NCBI GenBank assembly: GCA_963666365.2
Contig: CAXXNF010000001.1
Span: 1,248,001 to 1,312,000, forward strand
Length of the DNA stretch: 64,000 bases
Direction of reading: 5' to 3'
From: Syntrophales bacterium
GTDB lineage: Bacteria; Desulfobacterota; Syntrophia; Syntrophales; UBA2210
In this document: positions 50,855-63,243 of the stretch, in pieces
How the letters are laid out: every line of letters begins with the position of its first letter
How positions within the stretch are numbered: position 1 is the stretch's first letter
Notes under the pieces: generated by a model
What the model saw: only the letters and a program-made list of their open reading frames with translations
Told to the model about the DNA's origin: nothing
Database searches by the model: none
Translations under genes and position numbers: made by a program

Positions 50855-51820
50855 CTAATAGGCCTGACCCTTTAATTCGTCGACATAGAGTTCCGCCTCG
50901 TGAGCCGCGGTGGCGCCGTCGCCACAGGCGGTTACTATCTGTCTCAGGGATTTGACGATACAATCGCCGCAGGCAAAAATGCCTTCTTCCGAGGTCTTCA
51001 TCGCGTTGTCGGCGATAATATAACCATTCTTATCGACGTTGACAACCCCCTGCACAAAATCGGTAATCGGATCGAGGCCGATAAACACAAACACGCCGTC
51101 AACAGGGATTTTCTTAATCTCATCGTAACAATTGATGTTTCTTACTCGTACACCGGTCACATACTCCTGTCCTTCTACCGCATCGACTTCGGAATCCCAG
51201 GCGAAATCGATCTTTTCGTTTGCAAAGGCCCGCTTTTGAAGAATATCGGCGGCCCGAAGACGGTCCCTGCGATGGATGATCGTCACTTTATCCGCAAATT
51301 TTGTGAGAAATATCGCCTCCTGCACCGCCGTATCTCCCCCGCCGACCACTGCAACGTTTCTGTTTCGATAAAAGGGGCCGTCGCAGGTGGCACAGTAGGA
51401 GATTCCTTTTCCGATGAAGTCCTCTTCTCCCGGCACCCCGAGGGAACGCCATTTGGCGCCGGTGGCGACAATCACCGCAAGGGCCTGGTATTCGGCCCCA
51501 TCGGTTACTATCTTCCACCCCGGATATTCTCCGATCCGAATTTTTTCAATGGAGTGCGCCTCTTCTGCTTTGGCGGTCGCACCGAAACCGAGGGCCTGTG
51601 TTCTTAGACGGTCATGCAGTTCAAATCCGCTCACATCGGGAACTCCCGGATAATTTTCGATTAAATCGGTAATCGTAATCTGACTGACCGTCACCTTTCC
51701 CTCTAAAATAACGGTTTTCATACCGGCCCGCGAGGCGTAAAGCGCCGCCGTCAATCCTGCCGGTCCTCCCCCGATTATTACAAGATCCTGTGCCGAATCG
51801 GGCATCACTATCGCTGTCAT
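50855..51820 (-). CDS. trxB: Thioredoxin-disulfide reductase
   Basis: GGGPAGLTAA, GISYCATCDG, GGGDTA, HRRDRLRA, RQIVTA. Confidence 0.95.
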   Translation of the reverse strand: MTAIVMPDSAQDLVIIGGGPAGLTAALYASRAGMKTVILEGKVTVSQITITDLIENYPGVPDVSGFELHDRLRTQALGFGATAKAEEAHSIEKIRIGEYPGWKIVTDGAEYQALAVIVATGAKWRSLGVPGEEDFIGKGISYCATCDGPFYRNRNVAVVGGGDTAVQEAIFLTKFADKVTIIHRRDRLRAADILQKRAFANEKIDFAWDSEVDAVEGQEYVTGVRVRNINCYDEIKKIPVDGVFVFIGLDPITDFVQGVVNVDKNGYIIADNAMKTSEEGIFACGDCIVKSLRQIVTACGDGATAAHEAELYVDELKGQAY

Positions 51821-51912
51821 AGTACTCCTCCTTTGTCGTTGTATACACTATATAACTATAGGGCAGGGGGCGTCTGCAGTGCACAGGGTCATCAGCGGCC
51901 GCCTGCCGTCCC

Positions 51913-53355
51913 TTATCCCTTAATGCAGCCGAGGGATCTCAGACGGGCCACTTTCCGCGACAGACCGCTTGCCTGCACTATCCGCACTACCTCGTCGATG
52001 TCCTTGTATGCCTCGGGAATCTCTTCGTGAAGCGTGCTTTTGCCCGCAGCCATCACCACGACGCCGCGTTGTGCCATATCCCGGGCAATCGATCTTCCCT
52101 TACTCACCTTTTTTGCCATCGTCCGGCTCATGACGCGCCCGGCGCCGTGAGCGGTGCTGCCGAAGCTTTCTGAAAAGGCGCGCTCCGTCCCGACGAGCAC
52201 ATAGGAACCTGTGCCCATATCACCGGGGATCAAGACGGGCTGACCCACAGACCGATACCGCACAGGAAGATCGGGATGTCCCGGCGGATAGGCCCTGGTG
52301 GCGCCTTTCCGATGCACACAGACCCGCCTGCGGACTCCTTCGACCGGAAGGTCCTCCATCTTTGCAATGTTGTGACATATGTCGTAGACGAGCCTCAGGC
52401 CTACATCACGGGGAGAACATTGCAACACCCTCTGAAGGGTTTCACTGGTCCAGTGCATTAGAAGCTGACGGTTCGCCCAGGCATAGTTTGCCGCACAGGC
52501 CATGGCTGCAAGGTAATCCCGCCCTTCGGGGGATTCGATATAGGCGCAGGCCAGCTGGCGATCGGGCAGTGCAAAATCGAGGCGCCCCATCCCCTTGACC
52601 ATGCGAGCCAGGTAATCGTCGCATATCTGGTATCCGAGGCCCCGTGATCCCGAATGGATCATTATCACTATCTGCTCCGCCTCGAGGCCGAATACCTCCG
52701 CAACGTGGGGATCGTAAATCTTCTCCACCATTTCTATCTCAAGGAAATGATTGCCCGAACCGAGGGTGCCCAATTGCCGACGCCCCCGCTCAAGAGCCCG
52801 TTCACTTACACAGCCGGGATCGGCGCCCTTCATGCACCCGCCGTCTTCCGTCGATTCCATATCCTGCTCAGTTCCAAATCCTCTGTCCACTGCCCATTGC
52901 GTCCCTTCCCGCAGCACCTTTTTTTCTTCGGCAACGGAAAGCGCAACTGGGCCCGTGGATCCCACTCCGCTGGGGATTTCACGGAAAAGCCCACCGACCA
53001 GATCCTCCAGCCTGTCAGTGATGTCATGGAGGCACAGCTTCGTTGCGACAAGTCTGACCCCGCAGTTAATATCATAGCCGACGCCGCCGGGAGATATCAC
53101 GCCTTCGACGACGTCGAAGGCAGCCACCCCGCCGATGGGAAACCCGTAGCCCCAGTGCATGTCAGGCATGGCCAGGGAGTATCCAAGTATTCCCGGCAGG
53201 TGTGCCACCTGCGCCACCTGTTTCGGACTCTCGTCCCTTTTCAGGACCTTCATGGTCCGATCGCTTCCGTAGATCATGCCGGGGACGCGCATCCCCCCTA
53301 CAGGTGGAATAATCCACCGATTTTCATCAATTTTTTCAATCCGCACTTCAGACAT
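51913..53355 (-). CDS. rtcB: RNA ligase RtcB
   Basis: MPDMHWGYGFPIGG, GYDINCG, GSGNHF, HSGSRG, HRKGAT, HGAGR. Confidence 0.95.
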   Translation of the reverse strand: MSEVRIEKIDENRWIIPPVGGMRVPGMIYGSDRTMKVLKRDESPKQVAQVAHLPGILGYSLAMPDMHWGYGFPIGGVAAFDVVEGVISPGGVGYDINCGVRLVATKLCLHDITDRLEDLVGGLFREIPSGVGSTGPVALSVAEEKKVLREGTQWAVDRGFGTEQDMESTEDGGCMKGADPGCVSERALERGRRQLGTLGSGNHFLEIEMVEKIYDPHVAEVFGLEAEQIVIMIHSGSRGLGYQICDDYLARMVKGMGRLDFALPDRQLACAYIESPEGRDYLAAMACAANYAWANRQLLMHWTSETLQRVLQCSPRDVGLRLVYDICHNIAKMEDLPVEGVRRRVCVHRKGATRAYPPGHPDLPVRYRSVGQPVLIPGDMGTGSYVLVGTERAFSESFGSTAHGAGRVMSRTMAKKVSKGRSIARDMAQRGVVVMAAGKSTLHEEIPEAYKDIDEVVRIVQASGLSRKVARLRSLGCIKG

Positions 53356-53767
53356 CGAGGATCACTCTCCCTCTCCACCCTTCTTTCGACTCGTTCACTT
53401 CCGCACGGTGGTAGGTGACGGCTTTGATTTCTTTTCTTACCTCATGCCGTGAGGGGTCAAATCCCTCCCCCTCGACGCGGCACCGGAGCTGTCCTCCTTC
53501 GATTTCGATAGACGAAATCCTGTTGATAAAAAACCACTCACCTTCAATCAGATACAAAAGTTCTCGCAGAAAATTGACCAGAAGCACTGCCCTGTCTTCA
53601 CCCTCGACCTCCAGGGACCGCCGTTCTTTTACGGTGACGGAGGTTCTCTCCGTAATAAGATCGACAAGGGCGTAGGCTGCGTTGGTGAAAAAAACCCGCT
53701 CGTTCTCACCCACTATCTCCAGTCCCACATCAGCGGTATGGTCAAAGAGCCGGTATGTTGTGCCCAT
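53348..53767 (-). CDS. Archease
   Basis: DHTADV, EIKAVTYH, VILDV; overlaps the rtcB start. Confidence 0.92.
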   Translation of the reverse strand: MGTTYRLFDHTADVGLEIVGENERVFFTNAAYALVDLITERTSVTVKERRSLEVEGEDRAVLLVNFLRELLYLIEGEWFFINRISSIEIEGGQLRCRVEGEGFDPSRHEVRKEIKAVTYHRAEVNESKEGWRGRVILDV

Positions 53768-53821
53768 CGTCGGTTCCTTTTTCTTCAGTCTAGTAGTAAC
53801 GCCGTTCTTTGGCAAGTCAAA

Positions 53822-54574
53822 TCACAACAGCGGTTTCACGCACAGATAGAGGGCAATTAATGCCGTAGCCACCTGCATGACGCGATCGAACAGCCGTTGC
53901 GGTATGCGGTGTACTGCGGCAACACCGAGCAGCGCACCGATTACGATAAAGGGGGCCATGGCGAGATTGGTCAGAAGAGAGGCGGAGGTGATGAGATCAA
54001 GTTTGGAACTGAACGGCATTTTTGAAAGATTGAGAAGCAGGAAAAAGACGGCCGCCGTCCCTATAAAATTTTCCTTATCCAGTTTCATCGACAGGAGATA
54101 GATCACCATAATGGGACCGGCGGCATTTGCCAGCATGCTGGTTGTTCCCGCCATAATGCCCATGATGGCCGCAAACCACCAGTTATGGGGTATGCGAGCG
54201 CCGTAGTCCGGTCTGCTTTGCTGCCAGAAATGCATAGAGACCAAAAAAAGGACGATGGCACCGATCTCGGGCATAAGGAACTGATCGGTAATGCGTCCAA
54301 GCCATAAAAAACCGAGATACACCCCTATAAGCGTCCAGGGCATGAGGCGGATGAGCTTTGGCCAATCGGCGTGCCGCCTCCAATAGAGTGTTGCCGTGAT
54401 GTCGCCGATGCTCAACATGGGGAGCAGAAATCCTGTCGATTCGCGGGCCGGCATGATGGCGGCAAGAAGGGGCACAATCAGGGCGCCGGCGCCCATAATT
54501 CCCGCTTTGGAAAAACCTATCATCATGGCACAGCAGATAATAATAACCCAGCTGACTGCATCGAAGTGGAGCAT
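53822..54574 (-). CDS. TauE/SafE-family membrane transporter
   Basis: GFSKAG, LLPMLSIGD, ANAAGP, about 8 TM segments. Confidence 0.85.
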   Translation of the reverse strand: MLHFDAVSWVIIICCAMMIGFSKAGIMGAGALIVPLLAAIMPARESTGFLLPMLSIGDITATLYWRRHADWPKLIRLMPWTLIGVYLGFLWLGRITDQFLMPEIGAIVLFLVSMHFWQQSRPDYGARIPHNWWFAAIMGIMAGTTSMLANAAGPIMVIYLLSMKLDKENFIGTAAVFFLLLNLSKMPFSSKLDLITSASLLTNLAMAPFIVIGALLGVAAVHRIPQRLFDRVMQVATALIALYLCVKPLL

Positions 54575-54659
54575 GGAATACCTTTAAAAAAAGATCCTCC
54601 CGTGCAGGATAGACACGGGAGGTTAATTGCAGTGATACTAATGTCGCCTATAGCGGTGC

Positions 54660-57179
54660 TTATTCCGAAGGCTCCGTGGACGAGTCATCATCGAACAACG
54701 CCGTTTGTATCTCCTGTTCAAAGATCTCCGCTATGGCGGATGCCTCCGATCCTTCCTCCCGTTCCACCCGGGCAAGGCCGACCAGCCGCTCATCGTCGTC
54801 AATCTCTATCAACTTGACTCCCTGGGTGCTCCGGTGAAGAAGTGGAATTTCCGAAGTATTCAACCGTATGATTTTACCGGTATTGCTGATCAGCACGACG
54901 TCCTCCTCACCGGATACCTGCAGTATCTTGGTGACAAAGCCCACACGGGGCGTCGTTTTCAGGTTGATGATGCCCTTGCCGCCCCGCGACTGCAGCCGGT
55001 ACTCCGTCACGTCGGTTCGTTTACCATAGCCGTTTTCCGAAATGGTAAGAATTGAATTCCCGTCGGTGACAATTTCCATTCCCACGACTTCGTCGTTCTT
55101 TTTCATTCTTATGCCGGTTACACCCCGTGCGGTCCGTCCAATGCCTCTCACATCGGTCTCCTTGAAACGAATGGAATTCCCCTGTCGCGTACCGAGAAAC
55201 ACTTCCTGATCGCCGTCTGTCTGATCCACTTCAATCAGTTCATCTTCTTCATCGAGGGTGATGGCAATAATGCCTCCCGCTCTGGGACGAGAATAGGCGG
55301 TGAGTTCCGTCTTTTTGACCACGCCGCGTCGTGTTCCCATTACAATGTACTTGCCTTCTTCAAAATTTCGGACGGGAAGTACTGCGGTGATGCGTTCACC
55401 GCTTTCGAGCCCGATGAGATTGACGACCGCCTTGCCTTTTGCAAGCCGTCCCGCTTGGGGGATCTGGTAAATTTTCAGCCAGTGCACACGGCCCCTGTTG
55501 GTGAAAAAGAGAATGAGACTGTGGCTTGAGGCGATAAAGATGCGTTCGACAAAATCGTCTTCCTTCGTCCCCATTCCCATCTTTCCCTTTCCGCCTCTAT
55601 GCTGACTGGTATAGAGACTGACGGGATTGCGCTTAATGTACCCCTGATGCGATATGGTCACGACCATATCCTCCTCGACAATCATGTCCTCAATGTCGAT
55701 GTCCTCGCTTTCATGTACGATTTCCGTTCTCCGCGGATCGCCGAATCGCTTTTTCAGATCCTCAAGTTCATCAATTATAATCGCTTTGACTTTTCCAGAA
55801 TCCGCAAGTATGCCTTCCAGCTCAGACACAAGGGCCGTGACTTCACGGTGCTCATCCCTTATTTTATCCTGCTCGAGACCGGTGAGGCGCTGCAGGCGCA
55901 TATCGAGAATTGCCTTTGCCTGAATCTCGCTTAGTCCGAATTGCGCTATCAGTGCATCAGCGGCTTCTTTCGGACCTTTCGATGCCTTGATAAGGGCGAT
56001 GATTTCATCAATGTGGCTAAGGGCCGTCAGAAGACCTTCAAGGATATGAAGTCGTTCGCGTGCTTTTCTCAGATCAAAGCGGGTTCTTCTGATCACCACT
56101 TCCGTTCTGAACTCAACAAACGTATCAAGGTAGTCTTTCAGATTGAACAGGCGCGGCTGTCCCCGGTCGATGGCAAGCATAATGATGCCAAAACTGGATT
56201 CCATCTGCGTTTGCTTGTAGAGTTGATTGAGAATGATGCTTGACGCCTCGTCCCGTTTCAGATCGATGACAATTCTCATGCCTTCACGGTCGGATTCGTC
56301 TCTCAGATCGGCAATACCGCTTATTTTCTTTTCCTTGACCAGTTCCGATATCTTTTCGATCAGCGAGGCCTTGTTGACCATGTAGGGAATTTCTGTGACC
56401 ACAATGCTTTCCCTGTCGTTTCGCGCCTTCCGTTCAATAATGGCGCGAGCCTTCATTCTGATGATTCCCCGTCCCGTTTTGTAGGCGGATACGATTCCCG
56501 ACCGACCGTTGATAAAGCCGGCGGTGGGCAAATCCGGCCCCTGGATGAATTGCATGAGACCCTCTATGGTTATGTGGGGATTGCGAATAAGCGCGATAAT
56601 GCCGTCACAGAGTTCTCCCAGGTTATGCGGGGGAATATTGGTGGTCACACCCACGGCAATGCCCGATGAACCGTTTAAAAGCAAGTCAGGTATTTTGGCG
56701 GGTAACACCATGGGTTCCGTGAGCGATTCGTCGTAATTCGGCTGAAAATCGACTGTCTCCTTATCGAGATCGGCAAGCATCTCCTCAGCAATACGGGCCA
56801 TCCGCACCTCTGTGTACCTCATGGCGGCCGGCGGATCGCCGTCGACGGACCCGAAGTTTCCCTGGCCGTCGATCAGGGGATAGCGCATCGAAAAGTCCTG
56901 TGCCATACGCACTATCGTGTCATAGGCGGCCGAATCGCCGTGAGGGTGGTATTTACCGATAATGTCGCCGACGATACGGGCCGATTTCTTATAGGGCCGG
57001 TTCCAGCGATTCCCCAGTTCGGACATGGCAAAAAGCGCCCGTCTGTGAACCGGTTTCAAACCGTCTCTCACATCGGGAATCGCCCGTCCTATGATGACGC
57101 TCATGGCGTAATCAACATAGGACTTTTTCATTTCATCTTCTATATTGACTGGTAAATTTCGTTGTCGAAGCTGATCCAT
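54660..57179 (-). CDS. gyrA: DNA gyrase subunit A
   Basis: [24 protein letters not shown], GyrA box QHRGGKG. Confidence 0.97.
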   Translation of the reverse strand: MDQLRQRNLPVNIEDEMKKSYVDYAMSVIIGRAIPDVRDGLKPVHRRALFAMSELGNRWNRPYKKSARIVGDIIGKYHPHGDSAAYDTIVRMAQDFSMRYPLIDGQGNFGSVDGDPPAAMRYTEVRMARIAEEMLADLDKETVDFQPNYDESLTEPMVLPAKIPDLLLNGSSGIAVGVTTNIPPHNLGELCDGIIALIRNPHITIEGLMQFIQGPDLPTAGFINGRSGIVSAYKTGRGIIRMKARAIIERKARNDRESIVVTEIPYMVNKASLIEKISELVKEKKISGIADLRDESDREGMRIVIDLKRDEASSIILNQLYKQTQMESSFGIIMLAIDRGQPRLFNLKDYLDTFVEFRTEVVIRRTRFDLRKARERLHILEGLLTALSHIDEIIALIKASKGPKEAADALIAQFGLSEIQAKAILDMRLQRLTGLEQDKIRDEHREVTALVSELEGILADSGKVKAIIIDELEDLKKRFGDPRRTEIVHESEDIDIEDMIVEEDMVVTISHQGYIKRNPVSLYTSQHRGGKGKMGMGTKEDDFVERIFIASSHSLILFFTNRGRVHWLKIYQIPQAGRLAKGKAVVNLIGLESGERITAVLPVRNFEEGKYIVMGTRRGVVKKTELTAYSRPRAGGIIAITLDEEDELIEVDQTDGDQEVFLGTRQGNSIRFKETDVRGIGRTARGVTGIRMKKNDEVVGMEIVTDGNSILTISENGYGKRTDVTEYRLQSRGGKGIINLKTTPRVGFVTKILQVSGEEDVVLISNTGKIIRLNTSEIPLLHRSTQGVKLIEIDDDERLVGLARVEREEGSEASAIAEIFEQEIQTALFDDDSSTEPSE

Positions 57180-57287
57180 TCTTTCTTCATCCTCCTGACA
57201 AAAAGAGGGGCCGGGCGTTCCATTGCGTGATTGTCCTGAAGGCTGCGCCGACCCCGAAAGGGTGCATTACACCCCGATCCTCAATCG

Positions 57288-59705
<2,418 letters not shown>

Positions 59706-60823
59706 TTACTCCTTTCCCAACTTAATCGGCATTACGACACAGCAATATGCGTCGGTTCCCGCTGCCCTGATAACACCGGGTCCTTCATTACTCCTCATCT
59801 CAAAAGAAATCAACTCTTCCTCTATTACCTCAATTGCATCAATAAGATACCGCACATTGTATCCGACGGTCATCGGCGACTCTCTATAGTCCACTTCAAT
59901 TTCATCGTTCGCCTCGCCCACATCGGGATTAATTGAGTTCAATGTCATTTTACCATCGGTCAGATGAATCTTTACGCCATTGAACATTTCAGTGGACATA
60001 ACGCTCATCCTTCTCAGCGAATGCAGCATCGTGTTCCTATCCACCTTCACGATTGTTCCCCCATCCTTCGGTATCACCTTTCCATAGTCAGGATATGAGG
60101 CGTCGATGAGACTTACCCTGAGAGTGACGCCGTCCCTTTTCACGATACAGACATGATTTGAAATACCAAACTTAATGGAGTCAGCTTCTTCCTCCACTAA
60201 TCGTCGTATCTCATTGATACCCTTTTTCGGTATAATTATCCCCTCCACATCCCTGTCTGAGGGTTCAGAAAGCGCAATCTCCTGGGTAATCATCGCCAAC
60301 CTGTGCCCGTCTGTGGCCACCATTTCCATTTTCTTTCCCTTTTTGAGAAAATAGGCCCCATTCATACGGTCCTCATATCGTCCGTTGACATGGCAAAATA
60401 GGTTTTTCCCACCATTTCTTTCATAAGGCGACAGGGAAAAGAAAAAAAGGACACGTCCTCATCTTCACGCACTTCAGGAAAGTCGTCCGCCGTGATGCCC
60501 GGAATTCGATAATGCACCTTATCACAGGTAATGGACACCCAATTGTTAGGATTTGTTTTAAAATTAACGGTGTCGCCTTCCATTTCGCGCACCATTTCAT
60601 ATAATTTTCTTGCCGCCACGGTAATATCGCCAGGCTCTGTTATGCGGGCATCGTAATCGGCAATAAGTCCAATCTCCCGGTCGGTTGCCACCACACGAAT
60701 TTTACCGTCTCTTGCCTGAATGAGAATATTATTCAGGATTGCGATAGTAGTCTTTCGCTCTACTATTCCAAGCGTCTTTTGCACTGCTTCCTGAAGTATG
60801 CCTCGATCAACAGTAAATTCCAT
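59706..60823 (-). CDS. dnaN: DNA polymerase III beta clamp, split by an apparent 1-nt frameshift near 60366
   Basis: N-half (ATDRE, STDDMR) and C-half (NGAYF, ATDGHRLA, YPDY, VVMPI) are contiguous pieces of DnaN in different frames. Confidence 0.9.
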
Positions 60824-60952
60824 TTTATCACCTTAAGTTTTTCTAAATTAATATAATCAGTAATAGTAATAAGAACTGTGAATTTGTGCACTGTTACTGA
60901 AAAACACTTATTTTTACTTTCTTATTGACCACACCATCCTGTGGGCAACCTG
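60824..60952. promoter_or_regulatory. Probable oriC unwinding region (DnaA-trios plus degenerate DnaA boxes)
   Basis: AT-rich tract, CAG-TAA-TAG-TAA-TAA followed by TGTGAATTTGTGCAC; TGTGGGCAA near dnaA end; located between dnaA and dnaN. Confidence 0.7.
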
Positions 60953-62296
60953 TTAACCCCTTGTTTGCAGTTTCTCTTCAATTTCCTCTATTGCTTTTTT
61001 TATTTCAAAGTCCTTTGCTATCACCTTCTTGATCTTATTGTTTGCATAAATCACGGTCGAATGATCGCGACCTCCTATTTTCGTTCCTATGTCGGGAAAG
61101 GAGCAATCCGTGAGTTTGCGTGCAAGAAACATCGAAATCTGGCGTGATAATACAAGATCTTTGTTTTTTTTCTGTGATTTGATATCGGCGACTTTGACGC
61201 CGAATTTCACTGCCACGGTCTTTACAATGTCTTCTATTGAGACATTCTGTTTTTGCACATGCTTTAAAAGCTTCCTTATTATGTCTTTTACATTGTCTAT
61301 GGTGATTTCACTTCCCGTTAATGAAGCATATGCCGCGATTCTTGTGAGTATTCCTTCCAGCTCCCTTATGTTTGAGTCCGCCACCGATGCGATATAGTGA
61401 ATGACATCACTGGACAATGCAATTGTGTTTTCGGCGGCCTTTTTTTCGATGATAGCGATTCTTGTTTCTATTTCAGGAGGTTGTATATCGGCAATCAATC
61501 CCCATTCAAAACGGGAACGGAGACGCGCCTCAAGGTTTTGAATTTCTTTTGGAAATTTATCACTTGTGACCACAATTTGTTTTCCCGAATCGTGGAGGGT
61601 GTTGAAGGTGTGGAAGAACTCCTCCTGTGTTCTCTCCTTGCCGGCAATGAATTGTATGTCATCAATGAGAAGGGAATCGATTTTGCGGTATTTTTCTCTG
61701 AATTCCGGCATTTTGTCGTAACGGATCGAGTTGATAAGTTCATTCATAAACTCTTCAGCTGAGACGTAGAGCACATTTTTCTTAGGATACAATATCGTGG
61801 TAAGAAGTCCGATGGCATTGATAAGATGTGTTTTTCCCAGTCCAACGCCTCCGTATATAAAGAGAGGATTGTAGTTATGCGCAGGGTGTTCGGCGACGGA
61901 TCGAGCAGCCGCATGGGCAAACTGGTTTGAAGCACCGACGATGAAGCGTTCGAAGTTGTAGTTCAGGTTCAGGGACGAATGAGTGCGCTGCACAGTGACG
62001 TTCTGATCAGATGCCGCCACAGTAGTGTTTTCAGGTGGTTCGGCAGGTATCGGTTCGGATTTTTGAATGATGAAATTTACTGAAACAGGGGCGCCTGCGA
62101 CATTGGACACCGCTTCGCTGATGACGGTAAAATAATTTTCAACGAGCCAGTCACGAAAAAATTTATTCGGTACCGATAAACCGGCGCGACTCTCCTCAAG
62201 AGAGACAATTTTGATCGGTTTAATCCAGGTATCAAAATTCTGTTTACTAACTTTTTCTTTAATAATTTTAGTACTTTCAGACCAAATAGCTTCCAC
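60953..62296 (-). CDS. dnaA: Chromosomal replication initiator DnaA
   Basis: YNPLFIYGGVGLGKTHL, LLIDDIQF, QEEFFHTFN, RLRSRFEWG, GGRDHSTV. Confidence 0.98.
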   Translation of the reverse strand: MEAIWSESTKIIKEKVSKQNFDTWIKPIKIVSLEESRAGLSVPNKFFRDWLVENYFTVISEAVSNVAGAPVSVNFIIQKSEPIPAEPPENTTVAASDQNVTVQRTHSSLNLNYNFERFIVGASNQFAHAAARSVAEHPAHNYNPLFIYGGVGLGKTHLINAIGLLTTILYPKKNVLYVSAEEFMNELINSIRYDKMPEFREKYRKIDSLLIDDIQFIAGKERTQEEFFHTFNTLHDSGKQIVVTSDKFPKEIQNLEARLRSRFEWGLIADIQPPEIETRIAIIEKKAAENTIALSSDVIHYIASVADSNIRELEGILTRIAAYASLTGSEITIDNVKDIIRKLLKHVQKQNVSIEDIVKTVAVKFGVKVADIKSQKKNKDLVLSRQISMFLARKLTDCSFPDIGTKIGGRDHSTVIYANNKIKKVIAKDFEIKKAIEEIEEKLQTRG

Positions 62297-62308
62297 GTCC
62301 CCGCAATC

Positions 62309-62350
62309 CTATAAACAATATTATAAACACCTGTTGATAAGTGTTTACGA
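62309..62350. promoter_or_regulatory. Cluster of degenerate DnaA boxes upstream of dnaA
   Basis: CTATAAACA, TTATAAACA, TGTTGATAA compared with consensus TTATCCACA. Confidence 0.55.
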
Positions 62351-62385
62351 GACCTTGTGCCCTGTTGTGTTCCTGTGCGATCCTC

Positions 62386-63243
62386 TTACCCATCCGAAGC
62401 ATTTAGAATGTAGTGTGCCAGTCTGCTGAGCTCGTCCTGGGAAAGATACCGGATTTCGATAGCACCCCCGCGTTTTTTTTCTTTTATACTGACCCGCGTC
62501 ATCATCTTTTCCGAAAGTATATTCTCAAGATTCTTTATATTTTGATCTTTGTTCCGCACGATGCTTCCGTGATCAGATTTAGACGTTTTTTTTACTTCCC
62601 TTTCGGTTTCTCTCACACTCAGTTTTTTTCGTATGATTTCTCTGAGCAGTTGTTTCTGCAACTGTGCGGAATCAAGAGACAGAAGCGCCCTCGCATGTCC
62701 TGACGATATGGCCTTTCCTGTAATTGCGTCCTTTACTTCCTGAGGGAGTTTCAATAAACGTAAAGAGTTGGCAATAGTTGATCGATCCTTCCCGACACGC
62801 AGGGCGATTTCTTCCTGGGAAAGGTGAAACGTGTGAAGCAGCGTATTGTAGGCTTCCGATTCTTCTATGGGATTTAATTCTTCGCGCTGAATATTTTCTA
62901 TAAGTGACAGCTCAGCCAAATCGATATCCCGGGCCTCTCTTACAATAACGGGCACTTCCTGCAGTCCCGCATCCTGGGCAGCTCTCCAACGGCGCTCTCC
63001 TGCAATAATTTCATAGCCCGAATCCGATCTTCTTACGATAATCGGCTGAATGATTCCGTTCTTCTTTATTGAGGCCACGAGGTTTTTGATTTCTGTTCCG
63101 TCAAAAGAGCGTCTCGGCTGAAACTGGTTCGGTCGCAATTCTTCAATGCCGCACATCACGAAGGAGGATCTTGACGGTTTGTTTTCAACAAGGTCGGTGA
63201 ATATAGCACCGAGACCCTTGCCCAAGGCGTTCCTCTTTACCAT
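62386..63243 (-). CDS. parB: Chromosome partitioning protein ParB/Spo0J
   Basis: ALGKGLGA, PNQFQPR, IAGERRWRAA, ENIQRE, RSTIANSLRLL. Confidence 0.96.
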   Translation of the reverse strand: MVKRNALGKGLGAIFTDLVENKPSRSSFVMCGIEELRPNQFQPRRSFDGTEIKNLVASIKKNGIIQPIIVRRSDSGYEIIAGERRWRAAQDAGLQEVPVIVREARDIDLAELSLIENIQREELNPIEESEAYNTLLHTFHLSQEEIALRVGKDRSTIANSLRLLKLPQEVKDAITGKAISSGHARALLSLDSAQLQKQLLREIIRKKLSVRETEREVKKTSKSDHGSIVRNKDQNIKNLENILSEKMMTRVSIKEKKRGGAIEIRYLSQDELSRLAHYILNASDG

